DNA from: a virus
Taxonomy: Duplodnaviria > Caudoviricetes
Length of the DNA stretch: 40,716 nucleotides
Strand: one strand, 5' to 3'
IMG/VR virus record: IMGVR_UViG_3300037692_000441
Span: 1-40,716 of that record
The number at the start of each line of letters is the position of its first letter. The stretch's first letter is position 1. The position numbers and the translations under genes are program-made. The notes under the pieces were generated by a model, which ran no database searches, had not been told where the DNA came from, and saw only the letters and a list, made by a program, of their open reading frames with translations. Positions 26,085 to 33,855 of this stretch are shown piece after piece.

Positions 26085-26561
26085 TCAGTCCCACCCGTAG
26101 ATTTTCAGTTCATCGTCCGTGAACCGCGGCTCGGACGGCCCCTTGTACCCCATCCCCGACTGCTTCGCGTAGTCGACGCCCAGGGCGCCGAGCTTGAAGA
26201 TGCCTTCCGTGAGCGCCCCCTGCTCCTTCGCCGCCCCCCCGCGGATCCTCGCCTGCGCCGTGTTCACGTTCCGCGCCGTGGTGAGCCGGGAGATGACCAG
26301 GTCCCGCTCCGCCTGCCCGGCGGCGTGCATGAGGACCTCGATGGGGCTTCCCGTAATCTCCACTCCGGAGGCTCCCGCCCGGGCGCGCATCGAAGAAAGT
26401 ACCCGGTCCCGCTTCTCGGAGATGCCCTTCTCACGGAACGATCCCGATACCAGGGCGCTCGTCATGTCCGCGCTGCCCGCGTCGATCTCCGCCTTTCCGG
26501 CTGCCCTGCCGGACTGCATCCCGAGCAGGGTCGCTCCGCCTGAGAGAAGGTAAGGCCACAT
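26085..26561 (-). CDS. Small internal virion protein (gp14-like)
   Basis: Gly/Ala-rich; RARAGASGVEITGSP motif; synteny. Confidence 0.7.
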   Translation of the reverse strand: MWPYLLSGGATLLGMQSGRAAGKAEIDAGSADMTSALVSGSFREKGISEKRDRVLSSMRARAGASGVEITGSPIEVLMHAAGQAERDLVISRLTTARNVNTAQARIRGGAAKEQGALTEGIFKLGALGVDYAKQSGMGYKGPSEPRFTDDELKIYGWD

Positions 26562-26564
26562 GGT

Positions 26565-28979
26565 CTACGCCCCCACGTCGAGATCCCCGCCCACGCACAG
26601 GATCGTCGCGGGAAGAGGGTTCTTCTGCTTGATCACGATGTCGGCCTCGGTGTCGATGCCGAGGTTCGATACCTGGATGTCTCCGGTATATGGATCCGGC
26701 GGAGACCCCAGCGGAGCCGCTCCGGTCCGGAACGGCAGCTCGTCGCCGTTCACCTCGAGGCTGCTGGTGTCAAGTAGCCGAAGGAAGATCTTCACCCAAT
26801 GCTTCAGCTTCCCGATCGTGTTGATCTTGTCGGTGGAGAACTCCTGCCGGTTCGGGATGAGTTCCGATTCGTACGGCAGCCCCACCACGACCAGAGAGGC
26901 GGCCGTGTCGAGCGTGATCTGTCCGCCGGCGACCACTTTCCCCTTGACCACGAACCCGTCCGCCAAGGCGTCGACGGTCTTTCCCTCGAGGTGCGTCAGC
27001 CCCGGGATCGTCACCGTGGCCACGCCGTCGTAGAGGATGAAGCTGTCGACGTTCGGGCGGTCCGGGTCCAGCCGCTCGATGTACCGCTTCGTGGCGCCGC
27101 CGATCGTGCGCTTAACCGCCAGCCACAGCTCATCCCGATTGTTTACCGGGTCCGGAATAACGCAGGGACTCTCCGCGCCCCCGTCGGTGTCGTGCTGATG
27201 CCAGGCGAGGACCTTCTCTTCCCGGTTGTAGGTCAGACCCAGCCACACACCGTCCGCCCGCACGGGCCAGAGGATCGATTCCGGCTCCTGCTGGTACGCC
27301 ATCTCCACGATCCCGCCCTCGGTCAGGTGATCGGCCAGCGTCGTCAGGTCGCCGGCGAGGAAGGAGTCAGAGTCGAAGGCGTACCCGATCTCCCGGATCT
27401 TGCGCCCGGCCCGCTGCACAAACAGGAGCTTGTGACCAATCCGCACGGGGGAGACATCGGCGGAGCCGTGCGTCGTCTCGTTCTTGACGTCCACGTTCGA
27501 AGGTGTTAGCGGAGAATCGCCACCACCGATGACTCGGAATTCGCTGCCGGCCGTGCCCACCAGGAGCGCCTTCGTCGGCAGCATCCAGCGCATTTCGTTG
27601 ACCTGGTTCGCCGCGATCCGGTACTCAAGCGCGTCTCCGTCGTACGGGCCGATCCCCATGTTCTCGTAATCCCCGCTCTGGCTTCCCCAGATCGTGGTGG
27701 GGAACAGCTCCGTCCCTCCCGCCATGAACCGCTGCTCGTAGAAGCAGATCGCGGACGGATAGCCGTTGGCCGCGGACCACGCCTCCGACTCGCACGTCCA
27801 GGAGCCGGGCGCCGCCGCGACGATGGGGGAGACGACCATCGGGACGAGAATTCGGGCGGAAACGACCGTGGCGGACGTGTAGGCCGTGATCTTGGCGACT
27901 CCCGAGAACATCCGGACGTACTTCCCGACATCAGAGGAGCGCCAGCCGTTCTTCGCCAGCGTCAGCGTGGCGATCGCATTGGCCGGCGAGATGAGGGACG
28001 GCGTATTGTCCGCCTGCGGGGATCCGGTCAGCAGCCACGTCCCGGCGGTCATCGGTGAACACTTCTTCCAGGTCGTGCCCGGCGCCTGCTGCGCTCCGAA
28101 CGAGGCGTCGATCGTGCATATCGCAGGATCCGCATCCAGCACCGTCACGCGCCGCACCGTCCCGGCCTGCGCTCCGCTGGTGACGTGGACGTAGTCGCCC
28201 ACCGCGAGACCGTGAACCTCGGAGTTCGTGATCACCGTCCCGCCGACGTCTGTCTGAAGCGTCCCGGGACCATCCACGACGAGCGAGGCCGCGAAGTCGT
28301 TCAAGACGTCAACGGTGACTTCCTTCCGGGAGGTGTACGCGGTGATCGACGCCAGTCCTGCCACGCGCTTTATTCCACGCCCGGCATCACCCTCGTAGAA
28401 GATATCCGCGGAGGCGTACACCTTGATTCCCTGCCCGGTGACCGCGCCAATCCCGATCGTGATCGTGCCGCCCGATGGATCCATGTCCGCTTCGTAGGTC
28501 GGAGGAGGAAGGAAGGAGATCGTGGAGAGCTGCCAACTTGTACCGTCGGCGAGAAGGCGCTGGAGCTTCCGGATCGGATGATCCCGATGGGCAATGTAGA
28601 GCACATCTGCGGACTGCGTGAACCGCAAGGACCGCAACTGCGCCTCGGTATAGGTCGTGGTCACTTCTACCGAGGTCCCGACCGGGGATTCGATCCGCGC
28701 GCCGTTCTGGTAGATCCGGATGTAGTTTTCCCCGAATTCGAGGACGTACGCCTGCTCGACCCCGTACTCGAAGGGGACCAGGCGGACGCGCTTGCTGCTG
28801 TCTTTCACCTCGGCGACGAACCGCAAGCCCCCGCGGCGGTAAGCGGGCCCCTGGGGATGCGCGATGAAGTTCCTCATCGTCCGGCAGCCGTTCTTGAATT
28901 TCTCGTAGTCGAACCGGCCGCCCAGGTGCGGGGCGAGCTCCCCCGCGTTGAACGAGGATTGGATGGGGAAGATCGGCAT
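26565..28979 (-). CDS. Tail tubular protein B / nozzle (T7 gp12-like)
   Basis: QSSFNAGEL.P...N....QG.AYRRGG, TQSADVLY, YPSAICFYEQR, FVQRAGRK and AWHQH motifs. Confidence 0.88.
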   Translation of the reverse strand: MPIFPIQSSFNAGELAPHLGGRFDYEKFKNGCRTMRNFIAHPQGPAYRRGGLRFVAEVKDSSKRVRLVPFEYGVEQAYVLEFGENYIRIYQNGARIESPVGTSVEVTTTYTEAQLRSLRFTQSADVLYIAHRDHPIRKLQRLLADGTSWQLSTISFLPPPTYEADMDPSGGTITIGIGAVTGQGIKVYASADIFYEGDAGRGIKRVAGLASITAYTSRKEVTVDVLNDFAASLVVDGPGTLQTDVGGTVITNSEVHGLAVGDYVHVTSGAQAGTVRRVTVLDADPAICTIDASFGAQQAPGTTWKKCSPMTAGTWLLTGSPQADNTPSLISPANAIATLTLAKNGWRSSDVGKYVRMFSGVAKITAYTSATVVSARILVPMVVSPIVAAAPGSWTCESEAWSAANGYPSAICFYEQRFMAGGTELFPTTIWGSQSGDYENMGIGPYDGDALEYRIAANQVNEMRWMLPTKALLVGTAGSEFRVIGGGDSPLTPSNVDVKNETTHGSADVSPVRIGHKLLFVQRAGRKIREIGYAFDSDSFLAGDLTTLADHLTEGGIVEMAYQQEPESILWPVRADGVWLGLTYNREEKVLAWHQHDTDGGAESPCVIPDPVNNRDELWLAVKRTIGGATKRYIERLDPDRPNVDSFILYDGVATVTIPGLTHLEGKTVDALADGFVVKGKVVAGGQITLDTAASLVVVGLPYESELIPNRQEFSTDKINTIGKLKHWVKIFLRLLDTSSLEVNGDELPFRTGAAPLGSPPDPYTGDIQVSNLGIDTEADIVIKQKNPLPATILCVGGDLDVGA

Positions 28980-29848
28980 CAGGCGGTCCTTTTCCACATA
29001 TAGACGACAATGTACGGTTGTAAATTGTTATGAGCCCCCCCGCCGCCGGCCGCTCCGGTGTTCAGCCCCGCCGCCTGCGATCCGCTGGCATTTGAATCAA
29101 TCCCTAATTTCAACGCACCTCCGCTGGCGCTTGCCGGGGCATTTTCCGCATGCGCGTGCGAAGGGATCTCGGCCTCGGTCAGCGTGTGAGTCTTCTCTCC
29201 GCCGGTTTCCTCTGCGGTGTCGAAATCGGCATCCCCCGCGTCCCGTCCCACGAGGACCCTGCCGGCGCCGAACGCGACCCACGTTCCGAGTCCCAGGAGC
29301 GTCGCGGGGTTCATGGCGACGACGGAGAGGAACACCGAGCCGATCGGCCACGCCCCTGAAACGTCCCCCGGAGGCCCCTGTTCCCCCTGTGGTCCCTGGA
29401 TCCCCTGGATCCCCTGATCTCCCTGCGGCCCCTGGGCGCCATCATTTCCAGCCGGACCCTGCGGACCGGGAACGGTGCTGTCCGCTCCGGCAGGACCCTG
29501 AAGTCCTTGGTCGCCCTGCGGACCTTGCGGCCCGGGAACCGTGGAATCGGCGCCCGGAGGACCCTGAGCCCCATCCGCACCAACAGGACCCTGTGCCCCA
29601 TCGTTTCCTGGTAGCCCCTGAGCACCATCGGCCCCGGGAGCGCCATCCGCTCCGGGAGGTCCTTGAGACCCAGCAGACCCGGCAGGTCCTTCCGGTCCCT
29701 GGGGACCCGGTACGGTCGATGCGGCGCCAGCGGGGCCTTCCGGCCCGGAGGGACCGTCCAGTCCTTGCGATCCGGGCTCGCCTTGAGGTCCTTGCGGGCC
29801 GATGTAGAGCTTCGCCGCCTCCCTCTGGAGTCCCGCCGGTGTGCCCAT
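28979..29848 (-). CDS. Collagen-like fibre protein with C-terminal phage tip/collar-type domain
   Basis: Long Gly-X-Y tract; WPIGSVF...NP......GTW...GRVLVG...GGEKTH...[17 protein letters not shown]. Confidence 0.85.
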   Translation of the reverse strand: MGTPAGLQREAAKLYIGPQGPQGEPGSQGLDGPSGPEGPAGAASTVPGPQGPEGPAGSAGSQGPPGADGAPGADGAQGLPGNDGAQGPVGADGAQGPPGADSTVPGPQGPQGDQGLQGPAGADSTVPGPQGPAGNDGAQGPQGDQGIQGIQGPQGEQGPPGDVSGAWPIGSVFLSVVAMNPATLLGLGTWVAFGAGRVLVGRDAGDADFDTAEETGGEKTHTLTEAEIPSHAHAENAPASASGGALKLGIDSNASGSQAAGLNTGAAGGGGAHNNLQPYIVVYMWKRTA

Positions 29849-30409
29849 CTACGCCCTCACGTCCGTGAATGTCGTGCACTCGGCAACTTCGGGGCTGCCC
29901 TCCTGGCCGTCGGAGGCCAGCGCGGACAGGATCTTCCCCTGGTACGCCGCCCACGCGGCGGAGACGACCTTCTCCTTCTTCGTGATCGGCATGGAGAGCT
30001 CGGCCGTCATCCGGGCGACCAGGGCGGTGCACAACCCGGCGGAATACTTGCCCGTGGCCGTCACGCGTACGGCGTACAGGACCTTCGCCGTGCTGTTGTC
30101 GCACAACAGAAGGCCGTCCTCGACCGCGAACGCCTCGTCGGGATCCTCCATCTCGAAGATCCGCAGGCAGCCGGTCGGAAGCGCGTACGCATACGACCAT
30201 CCGAACGCCGGGGCGGCCGCTTCGCGCGCCAGCGTGGCCCGCTTCTTCGCGCAGTTCCAGCGGTGCGCGGCGAGCTCATCATCCAGGACCATCGGCCAGA
30301 TCACCTTACAGATCCGCGCGCGGTCGTTGGCGTCGTCCAGACTGTTTATCGGATCGGCGCCGAGCAGCATGAGCGCCGCCGAGCAGATTTCCGTTTCGGA
30401 AGAATACAT
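29849..30409 (-). CDS. Tail tubular protein A / adaptor (T7 gp11-like)
   Basis: EICSAAL..LGA..I.SL...HRWNCA.KR..L...FGWSYAYALP..CLRI motifs. Confidence 0.85.
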   Translation of the reverse strand: MYSSETEICSAALMLLGADPINSLDDANDRARICKVIWPMVLDDELAAHRWNCAKKRATLAREAAAPAFGWSYAYALPTGCLRIFEMEDPDEAFAVEDGLLLCDNSTAKVLYAVRVTATGKYSAGLCTALVARMTAELSMPITKKEKVVSAAWAAYQGKILSALASDGQEGSPEVAECTTFTDVRA

Positions 30410-30448
30410 GGGTCCTCCGGTGAGGGGGCCTTTCGGCCCCCCCTCGGG

Positions 30449-30874
30449 TTAGTGAGGCGCCTTGGTCCCGTAGAAGGTGAAGGTTCGATCCGCGGCCTGG
30501 GCGGTGCCTGCGACAACCCGAACGTATCGCCACGCAGCGAAGTTCCCCGGGAACTCGACCACCTTGGCCGCCGTCCCCGCGGCGGAAATAGCCGCGATCA
30601 CGTTCGTTCCGTTGTTGTAGGCCATGTGGGTGTAATAGGTCGTCCCGTCCGCGCTCACTTCCACGGCGATCGTTGAAGAAGTGATCGTCGGACAGGCCAC
30701 GGAGAGAGACGTGATCCCCCTGGGCAACCGGATCCCGGCCGAATGTGTGTTGTCGGTCACTACCCCGCCGGTCATCAGCGAGGCCTGGACCATGTCCGGC
30801 TCGCCCGCCTGGGCGATTCCGGTGAAGCATGCCAGGGCGGCGAAAGCGAGAAGCACCACCATGAATTTCCGCAT
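30449..30874 (-). CDS. Spike-base-like virion-type protein with Sec signal peptide
   Basis: MRK-hydrophobic-AQA signal; EVSADGTTY...WRYVRVV.GTAQAADRTF; AGGAGG SD. Confidence 0.7.
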   Translation of the reverse strand: MRKFMVVLLAFAALACFTGIAQAGEPDMVQASLMTGGVVTDNTHSAGIRLPRGITSLSVACPTITSSTIAVEVSADGTTYYTHMAYNNGTNVIAAISAAGTAAKVVEFPGNFAAWRYVRVVAGTAQAADRTFTFYGTKAPH

Positions 30875-30889
30875 GAGATTCCTCCTTGG

Positions 30890-30919
30890 AAAAGGGAAGG
30901 GCCGCCCGAAGGCGGCCCC
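30890..30919 (-). terminator. Terminator-like hairpin after the capsid/cement genes
   Basis: GGGCCGCC-TTCG-GGCGGCCC followed by TTCCCTTTT. Confidence 0.65.
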
Positions 30920-30927
30920 GTCGGGTG

Positions 30928-31359
30928 CTACATGATGTAGTCGATGTACCCGTAGTACGTGCCGGTGGCCACGATCACATCGCCGATCACGAGCGCCGCG
31001 ATCCGCCGGTCCGCGGTCAACACGGTACCGAAGTTCAGGGCCACCGTGTTATTGAGCGCGGTGTGGTTCAGGGACGCACAGTCGAGGCCGTCCGCCAGCT
31101 CGTCGCCGCCGTCCCACCCGATGTCCAGCGTCACGCCGGCGCCGGAGAACGTCTCGTCGTTGCCCCACACGCCGCCCAAGAGCCGCGCGCCCTTGGGCAG
31201 GTCGCACAGATCGATGAGCGTTCCCACCGCCAGCCCGAGAGCCGCGTCGACGGTTCCGGAGAAATACTTCCTCCGGAGGACGCCGTCGGTGTTCCCGGAG
31301 TTCGGGACCGCCGGGACCGCGTCCTGATTCAGAACCTGATCGCTTTTCTGGTCCGCCAT
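30928..31359 (-). CDS. Capsid cement/decoration protein
   Basis: Directly after MCP; LPKGARLL...TLDIG beta-rich pattern. Confidence 0.65.
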   Translation of the reverse strand: MADQKSDQVLNQDAVPAVPNSGNTDGVLRRKYFSGTVDAALGLAVGTLIDLCDLPKGARLLGGVWGNDETFSGAGVTLDIGWDGGDELADGLDCASLNHTALNNTVALNFGTVLTADRRIAALVIGDVIVATGTYYGYIDYIM

Positions 31360-31414
31360 GAGAAAACCTCCTTCTCGTCAGGGGTCAGGGACCCGAGGTT
31401 GAAATTCAGGGGAA

Positions 31415-32284
31415 TTACTCCACGCAGTCGATCGCCAGGACCTTGCCGTCCTCGATCCGGGCCGCGCCCAGGTCGATCGAGATGGAGATCTGGTCGATGT
31501 TAGAGAGGTCGGGCCGCTTGTTGATCTGGACTTCCATTCCCTGCCCGAGCTGGAACCCCATGCCGCTCTTCACCCACGCGACGTTCCGGCGGGTGCCGGC
31601 GATCGCGCCGACGGCCAGACGCTCGGTCGGGATCCAGTTGAACCCGCAGAAGTAGACCACGCGGCCGTCCTGCAGAGCCTTCTGGTTGTAGTCGTTGTTC
31701 ACGACCTCGTCGATGTTCATGAGGTCCTCGAACTGCTCCGACCCGTACGCCCAGAAGAGCTTCTCGGTGGGGTCGACCATGTTGGCCATGAACTGCTTCT
31801 TGGCCGTGATGATCTTGTCCTTCGTGAGGCCGGTGCCGCCGGAAGCGATGAGGGCGGTCCCTCCGGCGTTGAACGCGACTTCCGTGGAACCGGTCTCGTC
31901 CTCCCAGGCGCTCCCGGTCATCGCGGCGATGATCACGTCGTCGATGGTCCGGTTGCAGGCCATGATGCCGTTCTGCTGGTAGGACGACCGGGGGTCGGAG
32001 CCGATCCGGTGGACGTCGATCGGATCGACCGGCATGTGGACGTCGTAGAAGTCCATCGTCGCCGAGCGCCGGTTGTGGATCTGGTCGGTGAGAACGGTGG
32101 GCTGGTTGCGGACGGTGCGCTTCCGCATCGAGGTCGCGGCGAGCAGGTCGAAGAACGCCCGCTTTCCGTTGAGCTTGCCGTCGTCGCGGACGGCCTCGCG
32201 GAGCAGGCTCCTCTGCTGCTGGAGGGCCAGCAGGACCCCTTCACGGTACGTCTGCCGCTGCCAAAGGGTGATTTCGTTCGCCAT
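31415..32284 (-). CDS. Major capsid protein
   Basis: LLALQQQRSLLR, R.IDDVII.A, FCGFNWI..ERL and GAARIEDGKV motifs; AAGGAGG SD before ATG 32284. Confidence 0.88.
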   Translation of the reverse strand: MANEITLWQRQTYREGVLLALQQQRSLLREAVRDDGKLNGKRAFFDLLAATSMRKRTVRNQPTVLTDQIHNRRSATMDFYDVHMPVDPIDVHRIGSDPRSSYQQNGIMACNRTIDDVIIAAMTGSAWEDETGSTEVAFNAGGTALIASGGTGLTKDKIITAKKQFMANMVDPTEKLFWAYGSEQFEDLMNIDEVVNNDYNQKALQDGRVVYFCGFNWIPTERLAVGAIAGTRRNVAWVKSGMGFQLGQGMEVQINKRPDLSNIDQISISIDLGAARIEDGKVLAIDCVE

Positions 32285-32336
32285 CGGGTAAGCCTCCTTC
32301 CGAAGTGGGTGGATCGTTTGAATCCTTCGGTCTGGG

Positions 32337-32475
32337 AGGTTGCCCGCGGAATGCGGACCTGCCCGTGACCTTGTCGCCAAGGTCCGGACCCGTGCAGGGT
32401 TGCCCGGAAGGGTGAAACGGTGGCGCCGTTGTCGGAGGCGCCGTCCCGCCGCGGACCCTCTCGGGTTCCCCGCGG
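32337..32475 (-). promoter_or_regulatory. Structured capsid mRNA leader with three bulged-stem motifs
   Basis: GG-G(C/G)A-ACC / GGU-CC modules at 32449-32475, 32384-32407 and 32337-32360. Confidence 0.6.
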
Positions 32476-32485
32476 GGCTGTCCTG

Positions 32486-33487
32486 CTATGCTTGAGCCTG
32501 GGCTCCCGTCCCGTACCGCAGCTGCTGGAGCTTGTTGACCTTCTCCACGATCTCCTTGTGCTCCGGCTTGGTGTTGTCGAAATACGCCGGATGCTTCATG
32601 AGCTTCTCGACCTCGACCTTCGCCGCCTCAGGGGTCGTGATGTCGCCGACGGACGCAACCACCCAGCCGGCCTCCTGGCTCATGAGGCCGAGACCGTAGA
32701 GCGCCTTCGCGATTCCTGGGTGGTTCCCCAGGAGCGACCCATCGGCGAGCTTCGTGATCTTCAGCATCTCCTGGAAGTCGGGGCCGAGGACCTCTGCCGC
32801 CTTCTTGGACAGAGCCATCCTCTTGTCGAATTCCATGCCCCACTCTTTGTTCAGCGTAGTTTCCGCGTTACGGCGGGAGAGCATCGTGCGTTCTGCCTCG
32901 GCGATCGTCATCTTCGCCGCGTGTTTGAAGATGTGCTCCACCTGTTTCACGTTGAGCCCCGCCTCGTAGGCCATCTGCAGGGTCGACTCCTCGAAACCCG
33001 GGTCGAGCTCCACGCCCGCGGGGAGCTGCGGCCGCTCGAACTTGTACTCCGCGGCCGATGCCGGACGCCCCATCTTGCCGTAGAACGCGGACCACTCCTC
33101 GGGTTTGGCGTCGGCCTTCGGGATCCGCACCGACTGTCCCTGGTACGACTCCAGCTCGACCAGGCTCTGGATGGCGGCCGCGGGCTCCTTGAACTTCTCG
33201 AGCGCCTTTACCGCCTTCTCATTCGTGGACAGGGCAGGGAAGAGCCCATGCCGCCAGTCGTTAGGCTGGTAGGGGTTCGTCGGAGTTCCGCCACCGTCTC
33301 CTCCTGCTCCGTCTCCCGCGCCGCCCTTATCAGCAGCGCCCCCACTTCCTGCGCCACCCTTCCCGTCCGCGCCCGCATCGCCTTGGCCGCCACCCGCTCC
33401 GCCGCCCTCGCCAGAAGCCCCACCGCCGGCACCTCCCGCGCCTCCTTCCTCGTACGTTCCGATTCCGAGCAGCCGTTTCAGGAACAT
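32486..33487 (-). CDS. Capsid scaffolding protein
   Basis: Gly-rich N-terminus; FYGKMGRP...Y, EWG..FD and LGNHP motifs; between portal and MCP. Confidence 0.82.
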   Translation of the reverse strand: MFLKRLLGIGTYEEGGAGGAGGGASGEGGGAGGGQGDAGADGKGGAGSGGAADKGGAGDGAGGDGGGTPTNPYQPNDWRHGLFPALSTNEKAVKALEKFKEPAAAIQSLVELESYQGQSVRIPKADAKPEEWSAFYGKMGRPASAAEYKFERPQLPAGVELDPGFEESTLQMAYEAGLNVKQVEHIFKHAAKMTIAEAERTMLSRRNAETTLNKEWGMEFDKRMALSKKAAEVLGPDFQEMLKITKLADGSLLGNHPGIAKALYGLGLMSQEAGWVVASVGDITTPEAAKVEVEKLMKHPAYFDNTKPEHKEIVEKVNKLQQLRYGTGAQAQA

Positions 33488-33500
33488 CCCTCACCTCCGT

Positions 33501-33526
33501 CCGGACCCCTCGAGGGGGTTGCCCGG
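33501..33526 (-). promoter_or_regulatory. Bulged-stem RNA motif abutting the scaffold Shine-Dalgarno
   Basis: mRNA CCGG-GCA-ACCCC-CUCGA-GGGGU-CCGG, followed by ACGGAGGUG. Confidence 0.55.
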
Positions 33527-33536
33527 TTGATAGATG

Positions 33537-33854
33537 CTATGTTTCCGCCGACTCCTGCTGCTTCTCCTTCGGCCCCTCCGCCTCCTCGGCGAGAAGGGTC
33601 AGGATCCGGAGAAGCACCTGGCGCCCGCCCTCGGCCACGTGCGTGCCGTACGGATCGCCGGGGACGTACGTGGAGACGTCGTAGAACTGATTCCGCAGGT
33701 CCTTGAGGACCTCCCGGCCCTCCGGAGACGTGAAGGTGATCACGTAGCACTGCCGGATCCGCTTCTCGCGGGCAGCCTTCTCGCGATGCTGGTCCTCTTC
33801 CTCCTGCAGCTGGATCGCTTCCTCGAGGCGGGGGTCGATCTGGGGGCCTCCCAC
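33537..33854 (-). CDS. Bbp19-like conserved protein between portal and scaffold
   Basis: F.SPEG..VL.DL...DPY.T...EG.RQV...I motif. Confidence 0.75.
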   Translation of the reverse strand: MGGPQIDPRLEEAIQLQEEEDQHREKAAREKRIRQCYVITFTSPEGREVLKDLRNQFYDVSTYVPGDPYGTHVAEGGRQVLLRILTLLAEEAEGPKEKQQESAET

Positions 33855-33855
33855 G

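Noticed and set aside
30422-30445. Hairpin (GAAA loop on the minus strand) as a terminator
   Set aside because: No U-tract follows; it may be a stability or processing hairpin but cannot be called.
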